From Carcharhinus longimanus (lineage: Eukaryota): a DNA stretch of 64,000 nucleotides. Below are positions 23,141-34,895 of the stretch, one piece after another (the first letter of the stretch is position 1; every line of letters starts with the position of its first letter). The position numbers and the translations under genes were made by a program. The DNA lies in assembly GCA_030264375.1 (NCBI GenBank), contig JASCQW010000166.1, positions 15,406,512 through 15,470,511 on the forward strand. Direction: 5' to 3'. Under the pieces are notes generated by a model. That model ran no database searches, had not been told where the DNA came from, and worked only from the letters and a program-made list of their open reading frames with translations.

Positions 23141-24783
23141 GTATCAGTTCTGTGAACAATAGTGTTAAAACATGCTCAGGCTGGATGGACCACGAGGATC
23201 AGCAACAAGTAAACAAAACCATTTTAGCCCTGTAGTTGTTTATGTAGGTCCTGTTCTAAAATCTAGAAAGGAATGGCATCATTTACATTTTATTTTTGGG
23301 GCAAGATGATGATTTGGAGCTATTTATACTGGCAGCTGCTAATTGGAGTTTACTCCAAGGCTGAACTTGTTTTGCTCAAGTTGAAGCAAATTGAAACAGG
23401 AAGTGTGGGCTTTATAAAACACAGTGTTGTATAAAGTGTTGCTGCAATATCTATTTATAATCAGCAATTTCTCCTCAGTAGTGTGGGTAGCCCCTGATTC
23501 TACAAGTGATGTACATAGGTACAGACCCAAATCAGCATTTCAGATGCTTTTTTTATCCTCCTCATCCTGTCTTTATCCATTTCCGTTTTTAGACAATATG
23601 GAAGATGCTAATACCATTTCAAGCATCCTCTCCTCTATCATATGACTTTACGATTTGTTACCCTCATTAAGCACGTATCTTGAATCTCCAACCCTTTTTT
23701 CCAAGTCGGCTCACGGCACCCTTAACAAACCTTATCTGCTGTCGATCTTCTCAGTAGTCCCACACATTCTTCTCAACCTCACGCCTACACTGCATCTTAA
23801 AATTTTCAAAGGCATTACTCAATCTCCTGCATTCTTAGCAAAAACTGTTACATTCCCAAGCAAATTTGTTTCATCTGGTAAGCAACAAACTTGATGATGG
23901 ATGATTTTCCTTCATTCAGTGACCAGCTCAGGAATACCATCTTTGTTGTGGGTTAGTTGACCTAAATTGTGAGGATTTTTATATTCTGCTCGCCATTAGG
24001 AAGTGCAAGTCTGAATGAAAAATGGAAAGCATCAATGCACGAAACACAGGATAGGTTCCTGACCCTTGACATTCTTTTTTGTTGAGATGTGTTTCAGTTT
24101 TACCAATTGAGCATTTGTGTCAACTATGTTAATGAACTGAAACCATTCAACCATGCACTTTGCCCCAATTTGTTCGCTTGTGATATTTGGGTTCATCACG
24201 ATAAATCCCTTCTTGAACATTGATGGCCTCCCATTCAGTGACAGAGATTACAGCAGAACAGCCCCTCCCAAAACATTTACAGTAGTCTATTGAACCTTGA
24301 GGATCAATGATAGGAAAACATCCATTCAAACCAGTTATCCTCATGAACTCTCAGTTTGCCCATTTTGTTTGAAGAGAGAAAGAATGAAAAGTAATGTTAT
24401 GAACGTTAACCAGCACTAAAAGAAATTCATTTGTGCTTGCAAATGTGGAACTGCACGATACCCACTGAAGGTGATAGCCAAAGCATCATACACCTTCTAA
24501 GATGTACCATGAGAGTCGTTATATGTATTTAAACATTTCTGTGGTTTCCTAAGTATGTGATTACTTGTAAAATACTCAACAAAAATGTGATGCCTGTTAT
24601 CCAGCAGGTGGTGTAGCGGACTTCTTATTTTGCTACTAGTATTTGTGAATTATAAACTGATTCCTTGCTTAGTATCTTATTTAACTTAATGGCAGAGGGA
24701 ACTGCATTTTAGATGTGTTTGATTCGGTCAGTGAAGATGCTTTTTGAATAACTGAACAAAATTTTTTTCCCCTCTTTCCACAG

Positions 24784-25103
24784 ATCAAAAGGTTCTCAGC
24801 CATTTGACAAAGAGAGACAATGTTCCGGTCGGGGTCGCAAACGCAAAATTTCAGCAATCCCCTCATCAAAGTCGGGACGGTTGGATGGACTGAGCACTTT
24901 GAACTCGCGAACCACCAAATCTTCCCGCCTGAAAATGAACAAGAAAACCAAAGGGCTCATTGATGGCCTTAGCAAATTCTTCACCCCTTCACATGATGGC
25001 CGCAAGCCACGGGGTGAACTCCTGGACTTAGCTGAGCAATACAGGCTCAAGAAAAAGGGGCCACGAAAATCAAGCACTTCTGACAGCAGCACATGGCCCA
25101 CAG
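24784..25103 (+). CDS. KAT6A: KAT6A exon (exon 7 equivalent), short form using the proximal donor
   Basis: Acceptor ctttccacag, donor CAG|gtactg, 320 nt, phase 2 to 1. Translates SKGSQPF...GRGRKRKIS...[27 protein letters not shown]...[13 protein letters not shown], ending at WPT as human KAT6A exon 7 does. Confidence 0.93.
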
Positions 25104-25646
25104 GTACTGCACTGACCACATTAATCCCTGCATGCCCAGTATCACCTGAGATTTCTTTACCAGCGCCAAGGTGCCACATTAGTAACATCAGATCATCTTC
25201 TTGTGCTAGCCCGCTTGATAACTTCAATAAGCAGACATTCACTGGCCAGTTAACTAAGTGCAGAATGCCCAGGTTAAGAAAGGAGCCAATTGATTCTCCT
25301 TCCTCTCTTTATTCTCCCAAACTCTCTGGCGAAGCAGATGCTGAGTTAACTCCTCCTTGTCTTACACCATGTGAACCTTGTCCTACTTCCACTGCTAATT
25401 CTGTTCTCCCAAGCTATTGGGGCAGTAGCATGAAAAACAGTTGCAATTTGCAAATCTCACCTTACCTACGACTGAGTACATCTGTAGAAACGGCGGCTAA
25501 ACTGCACTCTCATTATTTCCTGCCGTTTTCTGTGAGAGAGAAAGCAATAAGGGGCAGCCGGTGTAAAATGAGACATGGAAAGACGATCCTTTGGCACAGG
25601 AAGGGGACCGTGGAATTAGAAAGGAGTAAAAGTGCCGAGGACAAGG
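25104..25646 (+). CDS. KAT6A: Putative alternative 3' extension of exon 7 (distal donor, +181 aa, Ser/Pro-rich then basic)
   Basis: The frame stays open past the proximal donor to a stop at 25655-25657. A donor AAG G|gtaaga at 25646/25647 has the same phase (1), and the 543-nt difference is a multiple of 3. Confidence 0.7.
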
Positions 25647-26361
25647 GTAAGAAGTAAATGCCATGCTATTGTGCATCGCTAGCACTAGAAATTGGCTTTT
25701 TAATTACGCTTTTTTGGGGTGCTTCAGGTAGTTGCTGTTCTCCTTTGGGAGGGGAAGGGGGTTGGGCTTGTGCCATGAAAGTAGCTCTGCATGTTTTCAT
25801 TTCAGCAATTAAAATAAAAATACACGATAGGTCCATAAGAATTTGAGGCAGGAACTTTCTTCACAATCTTTGTCAAATACTGCTGTTTATTTCCATTATT
25901 TTCTATCTTAATTTCAGACTTACTGCCTTCATATAATCATTGCGCTCATTAAATTGGCTGGTATATGAACACTTTGAAAGAGGGTGGGGTTGCAACACCA
26001 GGTGTCTGACCACATTATTTGCCTCCAAATGAACAGTGACATAGAAGTATTTCAAGGAAAGTACTGAAGTATCACTGCTACTGGGCATCACTTTCATGGC
26101 ATGAGAGGAACATCCATTTAAACTGGAAAATATTCCCCAAGGTAGAGTTGGCTGATTAAAATCTGGTCACATGCAGATTGATGAGGCCAGGTCACTTGCA
26201 GAGTATTTTCTGTATTGCATAGAATTGCATCTAGTCGCCTCCCGCTTTTTTATTCAAAGCATTTCAGCTCATTCGCATTTGAAGGATTAGAACAAAACTG
26301 CCCATTCTGGCACCTTTTCATTGGGTGTGAGAGAGAGAGAGACCAGTGCACTTCTAACTTA

Positions 26362-28790
26362 AAACAAGAACACAAGAAATAGGAGCATTTGGTCCCTCAA
26401 TCCTGCTCGGCCATTCAGTAAGCTCATAACCAATCTTTTCACTCACAGGTACCTTCCCACACCATCCCCATAACCTTTGATTTACATCGTATCCAAAAAT
26501 CGAATGAGCTCTGACTTGAATGTATACATCAACTGAGTACAGCTCTCTGGAGTAGAGAAGTCCAAAGGGTGACAGCTCTTTCATGTGAATAGATTATTCC
26601 TCATCTTGGTCCGAACTGGCTGACCTCTATTCTGAGATAGTGGCCTCCAGTTGTAGACTTTCCAGCTGGACAAAACATATTCCAACCATCTATCTTGCCA
26701 AACCCCATAAAAAGTATATATTTCAATGGGATTACCTCTCAGTCCAGGAAATGTAGGCTTTGCCTGCTTAATCTCTAAGGGGCAATCCCTTCAATTCCTT
26801 TAAGGCCTTGGGGAAAGAGACCAAAACTGTACATAGTACAGTTGTGATCTCACCAAGACCTTTCACAAGTGCAGTAAGACTTCTTTGGTTTTATATGGAA
26901 TTTGCTTTGTAATAAAGGACAGCTTGCTGTTTGTTTTCCTCATTGCTTGCTGCATCTGCAGGATAACTTTGTGATTTGTGTACAAGGATTCCCAGATCCT
27001 TCTGAATACCAACATAGCAATTTCTCAAAAATATTCTGCTTCCCTACAGTATCCTATCAATCTGGATAATTTCACATTTTTTCCATGTTATATTCTAGCT
27101 GCAACATTCTTGCCTGCTCACTTTAATCTGACTAAATTATTTTGCAGTTTCTTTGCGTCCTTCTCAAGTTTACTCTTCCACTCAACTTTGTATCATCAGC
27201 AAACATTAACAAATTGCACTCCATTCCCTCGATGTTTGTTGGTGGTAACTAGTTGAGACCCATCCCTGATCCACTAAAGGACCCATTTGTTCTTAGTGTT
27301 TGTTTTCTGACCATTAACTACTACTTAATCCATGATATATTATTTCCCATCCCTCTAAGAGATAACTTCCATGGCACTTTGTTGAATGCTTCTGGAAAAT
27401 ACCAATTTGAAACCTAGTTTCAGATGTAAATAAATCACTCAAACTCAAAATAAAATGACCATGTAATGATCGTTCTTCAGGAGTAATTAACCCTGCCCCA
27501 TTGCACAGTGCTGCATCCAAAATAGCTTGTTCCCTTGTGATTCCTTATTGCATTCCATGAAGTCATTCTCCACATTTTTAATGAAAATTATCTTTGTCAA
27601 GATGATTATGTTTCTCCAGAATGATTGTTTACCCTTGTTAAATACACCTCCAAATTCATGACCCATATGCTGCCTAATACTGCAACTACAGTTTGGAGAT
27701 CTATAAACTACCCCCAGCATTTCTGTCTTGTTATTTCTTCGTCTACCTAATCTGATTCTACTTCCTAATTTTTCCAAGCTAACATATTTTCTCACTGCTA
27801 TCTTTATCCCGTCTTCTATTATCGAGCCATCTCCTCCTCCCTCTTCCACTTTGCCTACCTTTTAAAAGTCTTATGTCCTGGGATATTTAATTCCTAACCC
27901 TAATCATTGTACAACCATGTCTCCATTTTTTTCTCTGAGTGCTATTCATCTATTTGGTTCTGAAAGCTTTGTAAGTACAAATCTAGTGCTTTTGCTTGAA
28001 TTATTTTCTGTTTTTCTCCATGTCATCCGAGTCACGAATACTCCAATATGTTTCTTCAACTTTCTGCATATTCTTGCCCAAACTATAATTTTGCTGGTGA
28101 ATTGATTTTGAACTTCATTATTTGAGAGTCCAGTTCTTCTAGCGTTAGTCCCAGTCTTTAAGCGAGTCAGTCCCAACTGAACAGCTCCCTCTTTTCTCTG
28201 TACTGATATGAGCATTCAAAGATTCAAAATCTCTGCCTTCCACACCACTGTTTCAGCCTTGCATTTAACCTGCTAATCTATTTGCCTTCAATTTGCAAGT
28301 GGCTCATAAGAATCCAGAGATGATTACCGAGGAGTTTCTGCATTATCGTTCCGACCCGAGCTCTCCAAACTCCTCCAGCAGACCCACCTTCCTCGACAGA
28401 GGTTGCTTCCTCAGTGGACCATGATAACTGGATCTTTCACTTCCTACTCCCAAGTTCTTCTCCTGTTGTGGGAAAGTGTCCTTAATTTTGGCACTCCTGG
28501 TCATGGCTGGAGAATACAGAGTCTGTCTCTTTATACCATACTATACTATGATGGCTGCATTCCTCTTTGACCTTCTGCTTTAAAGCCCTCTTATAACATG
28601 GTGACAGTCCCTTGAACCAAGTGTCCCCATAGCCATGTCCCGTTCCTTTGAAGCTCCAACAACATCTGTATCTCAGAAACCATTTTGACAACTCTGCACT
28701 GAAATTTCTGAGGAGCAACTGCTACAGGTCTGATTGTTTGGGATTGTGATGCTTTCCACAGCCTCCATATGATGCAGTTGCAGCACCTTT
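26362..28790 (-). mobile_element. Long decayed CR1 LINE (3' end to APE/ORF1 region, with deletions)
   Basis: Tail aagaacacaagaaataggagca at 26367. Minus-frame LGVVYRSPN (CR1 APE motif) at about 27700. RT remnants at 26800-27250. Confidence 0.7.
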
Positions 28791-29294
28791 TCTATTCTGC
28801 TTTCCTGTTACTTTGTTCAATTTGTCTTGTTAATTACTCTATGTATTTAATTAACTTAGCTAGTTCGTAGTTTTTAATCTAATGGTTCAATCTAGTTTTA
28901 GTTATAGGCAACTTAACTTCAATATTGACCTATACAATTGCCCTAGTCCCCCTCCACTGATGTTATTGTCACTGCAAATTATTTTCCCTCTTTCTTCTGC
29001 TTCTCTGAGACATCTGTTGAGGCCATGCCAGTTACTCCTCATTCTCCTGACTTTGCCAATCTTCTATTTAAATACCTGGGCTGCTCCAGGGTACTCCTCA
29101 TTCTCCTGATGTCTATTGCACTCCCGTTACCACTTTAACAAGTTTGTTACTAATCATTGCTTTCCCTTAATGTGAAATTGGCAGCTTTCTGTTAAAATAA
29201 CTTTAAAAATGCTGTTTTCTGTGTCCCTTTACCATGCTTAATTCCTCTGGCGCTCTGATGACCTCAACTTAATTCTTTGCCTTGTCTTAGGCTA

Positions 29295-29395
29295 CCCGAA
29301 CAAGCGCTGGAGTGCGACGATTAGAGAATTTTCACAATAACTTCATTGCAGTGTTAATGTAAACCTACGTGTGACATGAGTAAATAAATTAAAAA
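29295..29395 (+). mobile_element. SINE 3' tail fragment
   Basis: ttttcacaataacttcattgcagtgttaatgtaaacctacgtgtgaca matches the tail at 53533-53546 plus 53723-53760. Confidence 0.6.
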
Positions 29396-30471
29396 ATAAC
29401 TAAAAAGGATTGATTCCTTGGATTCACAAATCGCCTTCTTTCCCCCCGGCAGTGGCTTGTAGTGGGATCAGGACAAGTTGGTTTTATTAATAAAAATTGA
29501 GCACTCACCTACCTGGTGAACAGCATGCTGGCACACCAGTGTGCGACACTATAAGGCTGGCTTACTCAAATGGGATTTGTAGTTTGGTATTTTGTTTTAG
29601 TTTAGTGTAGATTCCATTTCAAAGGCAAAGTACTGAACTGAGCAAAAGGATGCTGATTCTCACAACCAAATGAGTGCTTCATTGTAACTTTTATCCTTAG
29701 CTTTATACCCGTAAGAGTATTTAATTCAAGCTGCTACTGCCTTCTGCTGTGTCCCTTGTTGCCTTTAATATTTGCTATCCTGCTTGTTTATGTTTATTTT
29801 GTAGTTTACATTGACTGTATTGGGCTGTTTTTTTTTAATGATGCAGGCTTCTGTCATTTCATTGTGTTAATATACTTTGCCATCACTGCCTGAGGTGAGT
29901 CCCTGATCTGAGCCCTCCAGTATGAAAGGTGCTCCAAACAGAGTTGAGGAGCTTCTCCAGTAAAACAGAAAGGGAAAGATGTACTCCCATCCACCTCCAA
30001 GAGTCACAGCACTGGTGGCAGAGACCTGGAATACTTCGCCTCGCCCTGTTAGCTGTAAAATTGTGGAGAACCAGCTAAGAGAGGGAACCCTCAGTACATG
30101 AAGTCAGAACCTTGTAATTTGGGGTTGATTGTCATGTGTTGGCTGTCGGATACTTGATTGATGCTGACTTACCTGCTGGTCCAATAAAAAAGATGCACAA
30201 AACTCCAGGTGGATGAGCAAAAGAAACAAAATACCCGAATCCAATCTAATTGGCAGTTCAGCAGTTGTTAAATTTATCCCCCAGATTGGTTGTAGTCTTG
30301 GAGATTTGAGGGCATTAATGTTGCTGTATGGCTCCATTAACTTTTAACAGCTATATTAACACATTGAGGTTGTCAGTTCTCAGTCTGCCCCTCTGTCAGT
30401 CAAGGTTGATTGCAGGAGGTTTTGCTGAAGGAAAGTCTCTCCGTTAATATGATGTTTTTCTGAATCTGCAG

Positions 30472-30590
30472 ACAATCAGGACTCGTGGGGCTGCAAACTT
30501 GAAAATGAGGATGACCAATCACTGAGCAAAGACATTGTGACAGAGAAAGACCTGGACTTATTTCAGCAAGTTCAGGAACTTGCACTGGAG
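30472..30590 (+). CDS. KAT6A: KAT6A exon (exon 8 equivalent), pre-MYST linker
   Basis: Acceptor atctgcag, donor gtgaga, 119 nt, phase 1 to 0. Translates (D)NQDSWGCKLENEDDQSLSKDIVTEKDLDLFQQVQELALE. Not present in the ORF track. Confidence 0.94.
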
Positions 30591-31245
30591 GTGAGATGCA
30601 ACACAGCATGACGTTGGTGACTGTTGGCTAATAAACTGTTTACATTACAGTTATTGACTTCAGGGCCAGAGATTTATTCTTATCTCTTGCAGATAAGGTA
30701 GATATTTTCAGACTTGCAGGAAATGAAGATGTGCCAAGCTGATTAGAGTAAAATTACATGCATACAGAATTTTTTTCTGCTGTTTTGAAAAGTAAAGTTG
30801 TGTATGAGGTGTTTGCAAAATCAGAAGAAAAGGTTAGCTCCAATGTATCAAGGATATTAGCTATAATAAAATAGATAGGCACGAAAGACTTAACTCCAAA
30901 CCTGCCCGTGCAGCTGAGGAAATTTTGGGCACAAGTTGCACGCGGCAAGAATCTATTCTGGCAGGTGATTTGTTTTAAGCCACAATATAGCCCAAGAGTT
31001 TCCAAACTGTAAGCATTAAGGATTTGAGCTTAACAGTGCAATTGGTCCAAGTCAAGTTGCATGCATTTGGTAACTAAATGTATAATTGCTGTGAAGAGCA
31101 ATAAATGTCAAATACACTTGTACATGTTGTTGAGAATGTGAGAATATGCTGTGTGAATGCCATGTTTGCTCCAGCACTCTGTACGAGTGTGTACACTATT
31201 TCCAATCATGTACAGAAATGCTGGTCCACAGATAATGCATGTTAG

Positions 31246-31563
31246 GGCGGCATAGTGACACACTGGTTAACACTGCTGCCTCACGTGCTGCAGACTCGGG
31301 TTCAATGCCAGTCTTGGATGAATGTGTGGAGTTTACACCTTCTTCCTGTGTCTGTGTGGGTTTCCTCTGGGTGCTTCGGTTTCCTCTCTCAGTCCAAAGA
31401 TGTGAGGGTTAGGTAGATTGGCCATGCTGAATTGCGCCTTAATGTCCTGGGGGATTAGGAGGGTAAATATGTGGTGTTGGGGGATAGGGACTGGGTGGAT
31501 TGTGATCAGTACAGACTAGATGGACTGAATGGCCTCCTTCTGCACTGTAGGGATTCTATGATT
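31246..31563 (+). mobile_element. HE1-type SINE, full length
   Basis: tRNA head, V-domain and tail gaatggcctccttctgcactgtagggattctatg. Confidence 0.85.
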
Positions 31564-33664
31564 CAGTGAAAACATTGTTTTCGACAGTTTTTTTTAACTT
31601 TAAAGGTCGACTAATACAAATTCTCAGGAGTTTTTTTTAACAGAAAGACAGCATTTGAGTTTACTTGCTTCTTCAAAGGACTGTGGTTGTGAGTGAAAGC
31701 TATATCTGTACTGATGATACTGACCTGATTGTGGTCAAAATTTGGAATGAGTGTTGAGACTAACTGAGATCTCATTCACATGCATGGATAGAAGATGGTT
31801 AGTGGATAGCAAGCAGCAGATCATGTAGAGCATGTCAGAAACCACAGAGACTCATTTGACAGTTTCTATGATGTTGCAAACTGAATGGACAGTATAGGAG
31901 TGAGAAATTCTATCACAAAGGCCCTTTTATGTTTTAAACAACATTTGGGAAAATTATGTCCAGGAACCCTCCTATGGCAAATTTTGCTCTTCAATAATCA
32001 AATCTTTTCTCTAGTTATTAGTTTTCTGCTGTTTCTGCTCAAGTTACTAGTTTTGAGTTATCTGATGTCTTGTCTCATCCTGCTGTTCAAATCACTAAAC
32101 AAGTTGTCTGTAAATGGTAAAGTCAAGGAGAAGGACCAACTCAAACGTCGAACTCAGTTTTACAATTCTCGGCACTCAATTATTGGTGCCAAGACGTGTG
32201 TGCTAAATCAAAAACAAATCACCTGGGTTGGCAAAGGCAGAATATGCCCTGATGTTCAATTCCGTTTATGCTCTGCATAGGTGGAGTTGATAGTGCATAC
32301 CTTTACATCTGCACATTATGGTGTTCAGTCTTTTTGTTCAGGTCTTGCTGTCAGTTTGTCTTCTGCTTGGCCTTTCCCTCCCATGTTAATCAGCCATGAT
32401 CTGTTTGAATGGGCAGAACAGATTTTATGGGCTGAATGAACTACTCATGTTTCTGTGTTCCTATGTTCCTTATCCCATCTTCTGCCTATTGTGAAAGACA
32501 GTTAACAGACTGCCCTGGTACTTGAGAATAAATCAAGCAGTTTGTACCATGCAGCAGCTGATGTTCTGTGTTACATCTGGGACACAGGCCAGACCGTTGG
32601 GAGATTTGAACACAAGGGTACAAATTTGAAATTTAAGGGTTTAATGAGCTGGGACCAGTGTATATAATTCAGCCCGTAAAAGTCTTTCATCCATGTATAC
32701 CAACTGAAGTCAACATTGAACAAGTTGGAGCATTTTTTTTAACAATTGAATTGTGCACAGTTGTTAGCAGTCAGAAAGCCTGAGTTGTGTTCTATGAACT
32801 GTGATCATGGTTATGACTGGATGAGGAGGGGTTAAATGGCTCCCCTGCCCCTCATTGTTTGGCCCCATTTGTTTGAAAAGGATGTGCTTGCTGATTCGTG
32901 TTGTGATACAAGAGCAAAGATGAGGCTTTCTTGAGTTTAACTACGAAAGATATTCACTTCATTATACTTCAACCAGCCTAAGTAAAATAATAAGCTATGC
33001 ATTGAATCTGTACATACGTGTAGCAAGGTGTCCATAGATGAACGCAGAGAGCAAACAGGGCTCATAGCTTACCCTGTGGGTTGGAGATTAAAATGAAGCA
33101 GGAGTGAGCCCATTTAGGACTTTAACCTAGGCCGCATGTCCTCAGCCCTGCTGTATAAATTGTTTTGAGGGCTGGCTTGTCTTGTGACCTTCCTTCCTTC
33201 AAATACCAGGCTATTCAAAAAAAGATATTGTCCATGTGTTCCAAAGTTGATTTGATTAGTTTATGCCTGGGACTTAATTTGGGGTACCATTGTCCAAGCA
33301 ATTCATCTTCAAATCCTGTCTCAGGAGACAGGAGATGCGAGTCCTTCATGCTTCCCTGAAGTCATTGCCTTTGAACAGTTTTGCGGACAGCCTGTGATGT
33401 ATATGGTAATGCAAATTGGGGTTAGCCATCTTGGGCTGAGTTCAAATCTCTTTAGTCTCCCTAAATTTGAAAAAAAGCACAGATTTTTAAAAACAATTCG
33501 GATTTCTAGCTAGTGAATTAAAAATTATTATTTGGCATAAAGAACATCTTTGTGACATCATATAAAATATATTCCAATCACTCTTTTTGTACACCAATTG
33601 GCATAAAGCAAGCAGAAATGCTGAAGGACATAATGAAGATGAATGTTGCAGAAGATGGATATAT

Positions 33665-34895
33665 AGAACATAAGAAAGTAAGAACATAACTCGGAGCAGG
33701 AGTAGGCCCCTCGAGCCTGCTCTGCCGTCCAATAAGATCATGGCTGATCTTTTTTTGTGGACTCAGCTCCCCTTACCCGCCCGCTTACCATAACCCTTAA
33801 TTCCTTTGCTGTTCAAAAATTTATCTATCTTTGTCTTAAAAACGTTCAAGGAGATATTCTCAACTGCTTCACTGGGCAGGAAATTCCATAGATTCACAAC
33901 CCTTTGGATGAGAAAGTTCCTCCTCAACTCAGTCCTAAATCTGCTCCCCCTTATTTTGAGTCCAAGCCCCCTAGTTCTAGTTTCACCTGCTAGTGGAAAC
34001 AACCTCCCTGCTTCCATCTTATCTCTTCTCTTCAAAACCTTATGTTTCTTTCAGATCTCCCCTCATTCTTCTGAATTCCACTGAGTATCGTCTGGTCGAC
34101 TCAGTCTCTGCTCATTAGCCAACCTTCTAAACTCCAGAATCAACCTAGTGAATCTTCTCTGCACCCCCTCCAATGCCTTTATATCCTTTCTCAAATAAGG
34201 AGACCAAAACTGTGCACAGTACTCCAGGTGTGGTCTCTCCAGCACCTTATACAGCTGCAACATAACCTTGCTGTTTTTAAACTCCATCTCTCTAGCAATG
34301 AAGTAAGAATTCCATTTGCTGCCTTAATTACCTGCTGCATCTGCAAACCAACTTTTTGTGATTCCTGCACAAGGACACCCAGGTCCCTCTGCACAGCAGC
34401 ATGCTGTGTCGTGGTTCCCCAAGACGACAACTTATTTAACCCGATTGAAACAGAGAGTCTGAGTTGTAATCCTCCAAGCAGNNNNNNNNNNNNNNNNNNN
34501 NNNNNNNNNNNNNNNNNNNNNNNNNNNNNNNNNNNNNNNNNNNNNNNNNNNNNNNNNNNNNNNNNNNNNNNNNNNNNNNNNTTTCACTAATATCTATGAT
34601 TCCGAATTCCATACCCAGCTCAGGTATAATATTTAATACAGATTTCTCTTACACATGCTGCAGTTTTTTTTTTAACCGTTTAACTAATAGTGCATTTTGC
34701 TATTATTCCTGTCAAAGTGGATGACCTCACATTTACCAACATTGTACCCCATCTGCCAGACCCTCACCCACTTACTTAGACTATTCATATCCCTCTGCAA
34801 ACTTTCATTGTCCTCTGCACACTTCACTGTGTCAGTCATCTTCATGTCATCTGTCAATTTTGACACACTACACTTGGCCTCCAACTCCAAATAAT
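33665..34895 (-). mobile_element. Relatively young CR1/HER1 LINE 3' part, interrupted at 34405-34653
   Basis: ORFs MEFKNSKVMLQLYKVLERPHLEYCAQFWSPYLRKDIKALEGVQRRFTRLI, FRTELRRNFLIQRVVNLWNFLP and SKLTDDMK..WQMGYNVGKCEVIHF. Confidence 0.9.
34405..34653. mobile_element. TG...CA-bounded insertion (LTR-like) spanning a gap, with target-site duplication
   Basis: catgc|tgtgtcg...cttaca|catgc. Removing it restores the CR1 sequence gcagcatgctgcag. Confidence 0.6.

Noticed and set aside
24030-24345. Coding-looking minus-strand stretches (also 37760-38085, 51280-51460, 58190-58400)
   Set aside because: I could not assign any motif. They may be very old TE fossils, but this cannot be supported without a search.
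24796-25242. 148-aa minus-strand ORF
   Set aside because: It is the antisense shadow of exon 7 and has no recognisable domain.
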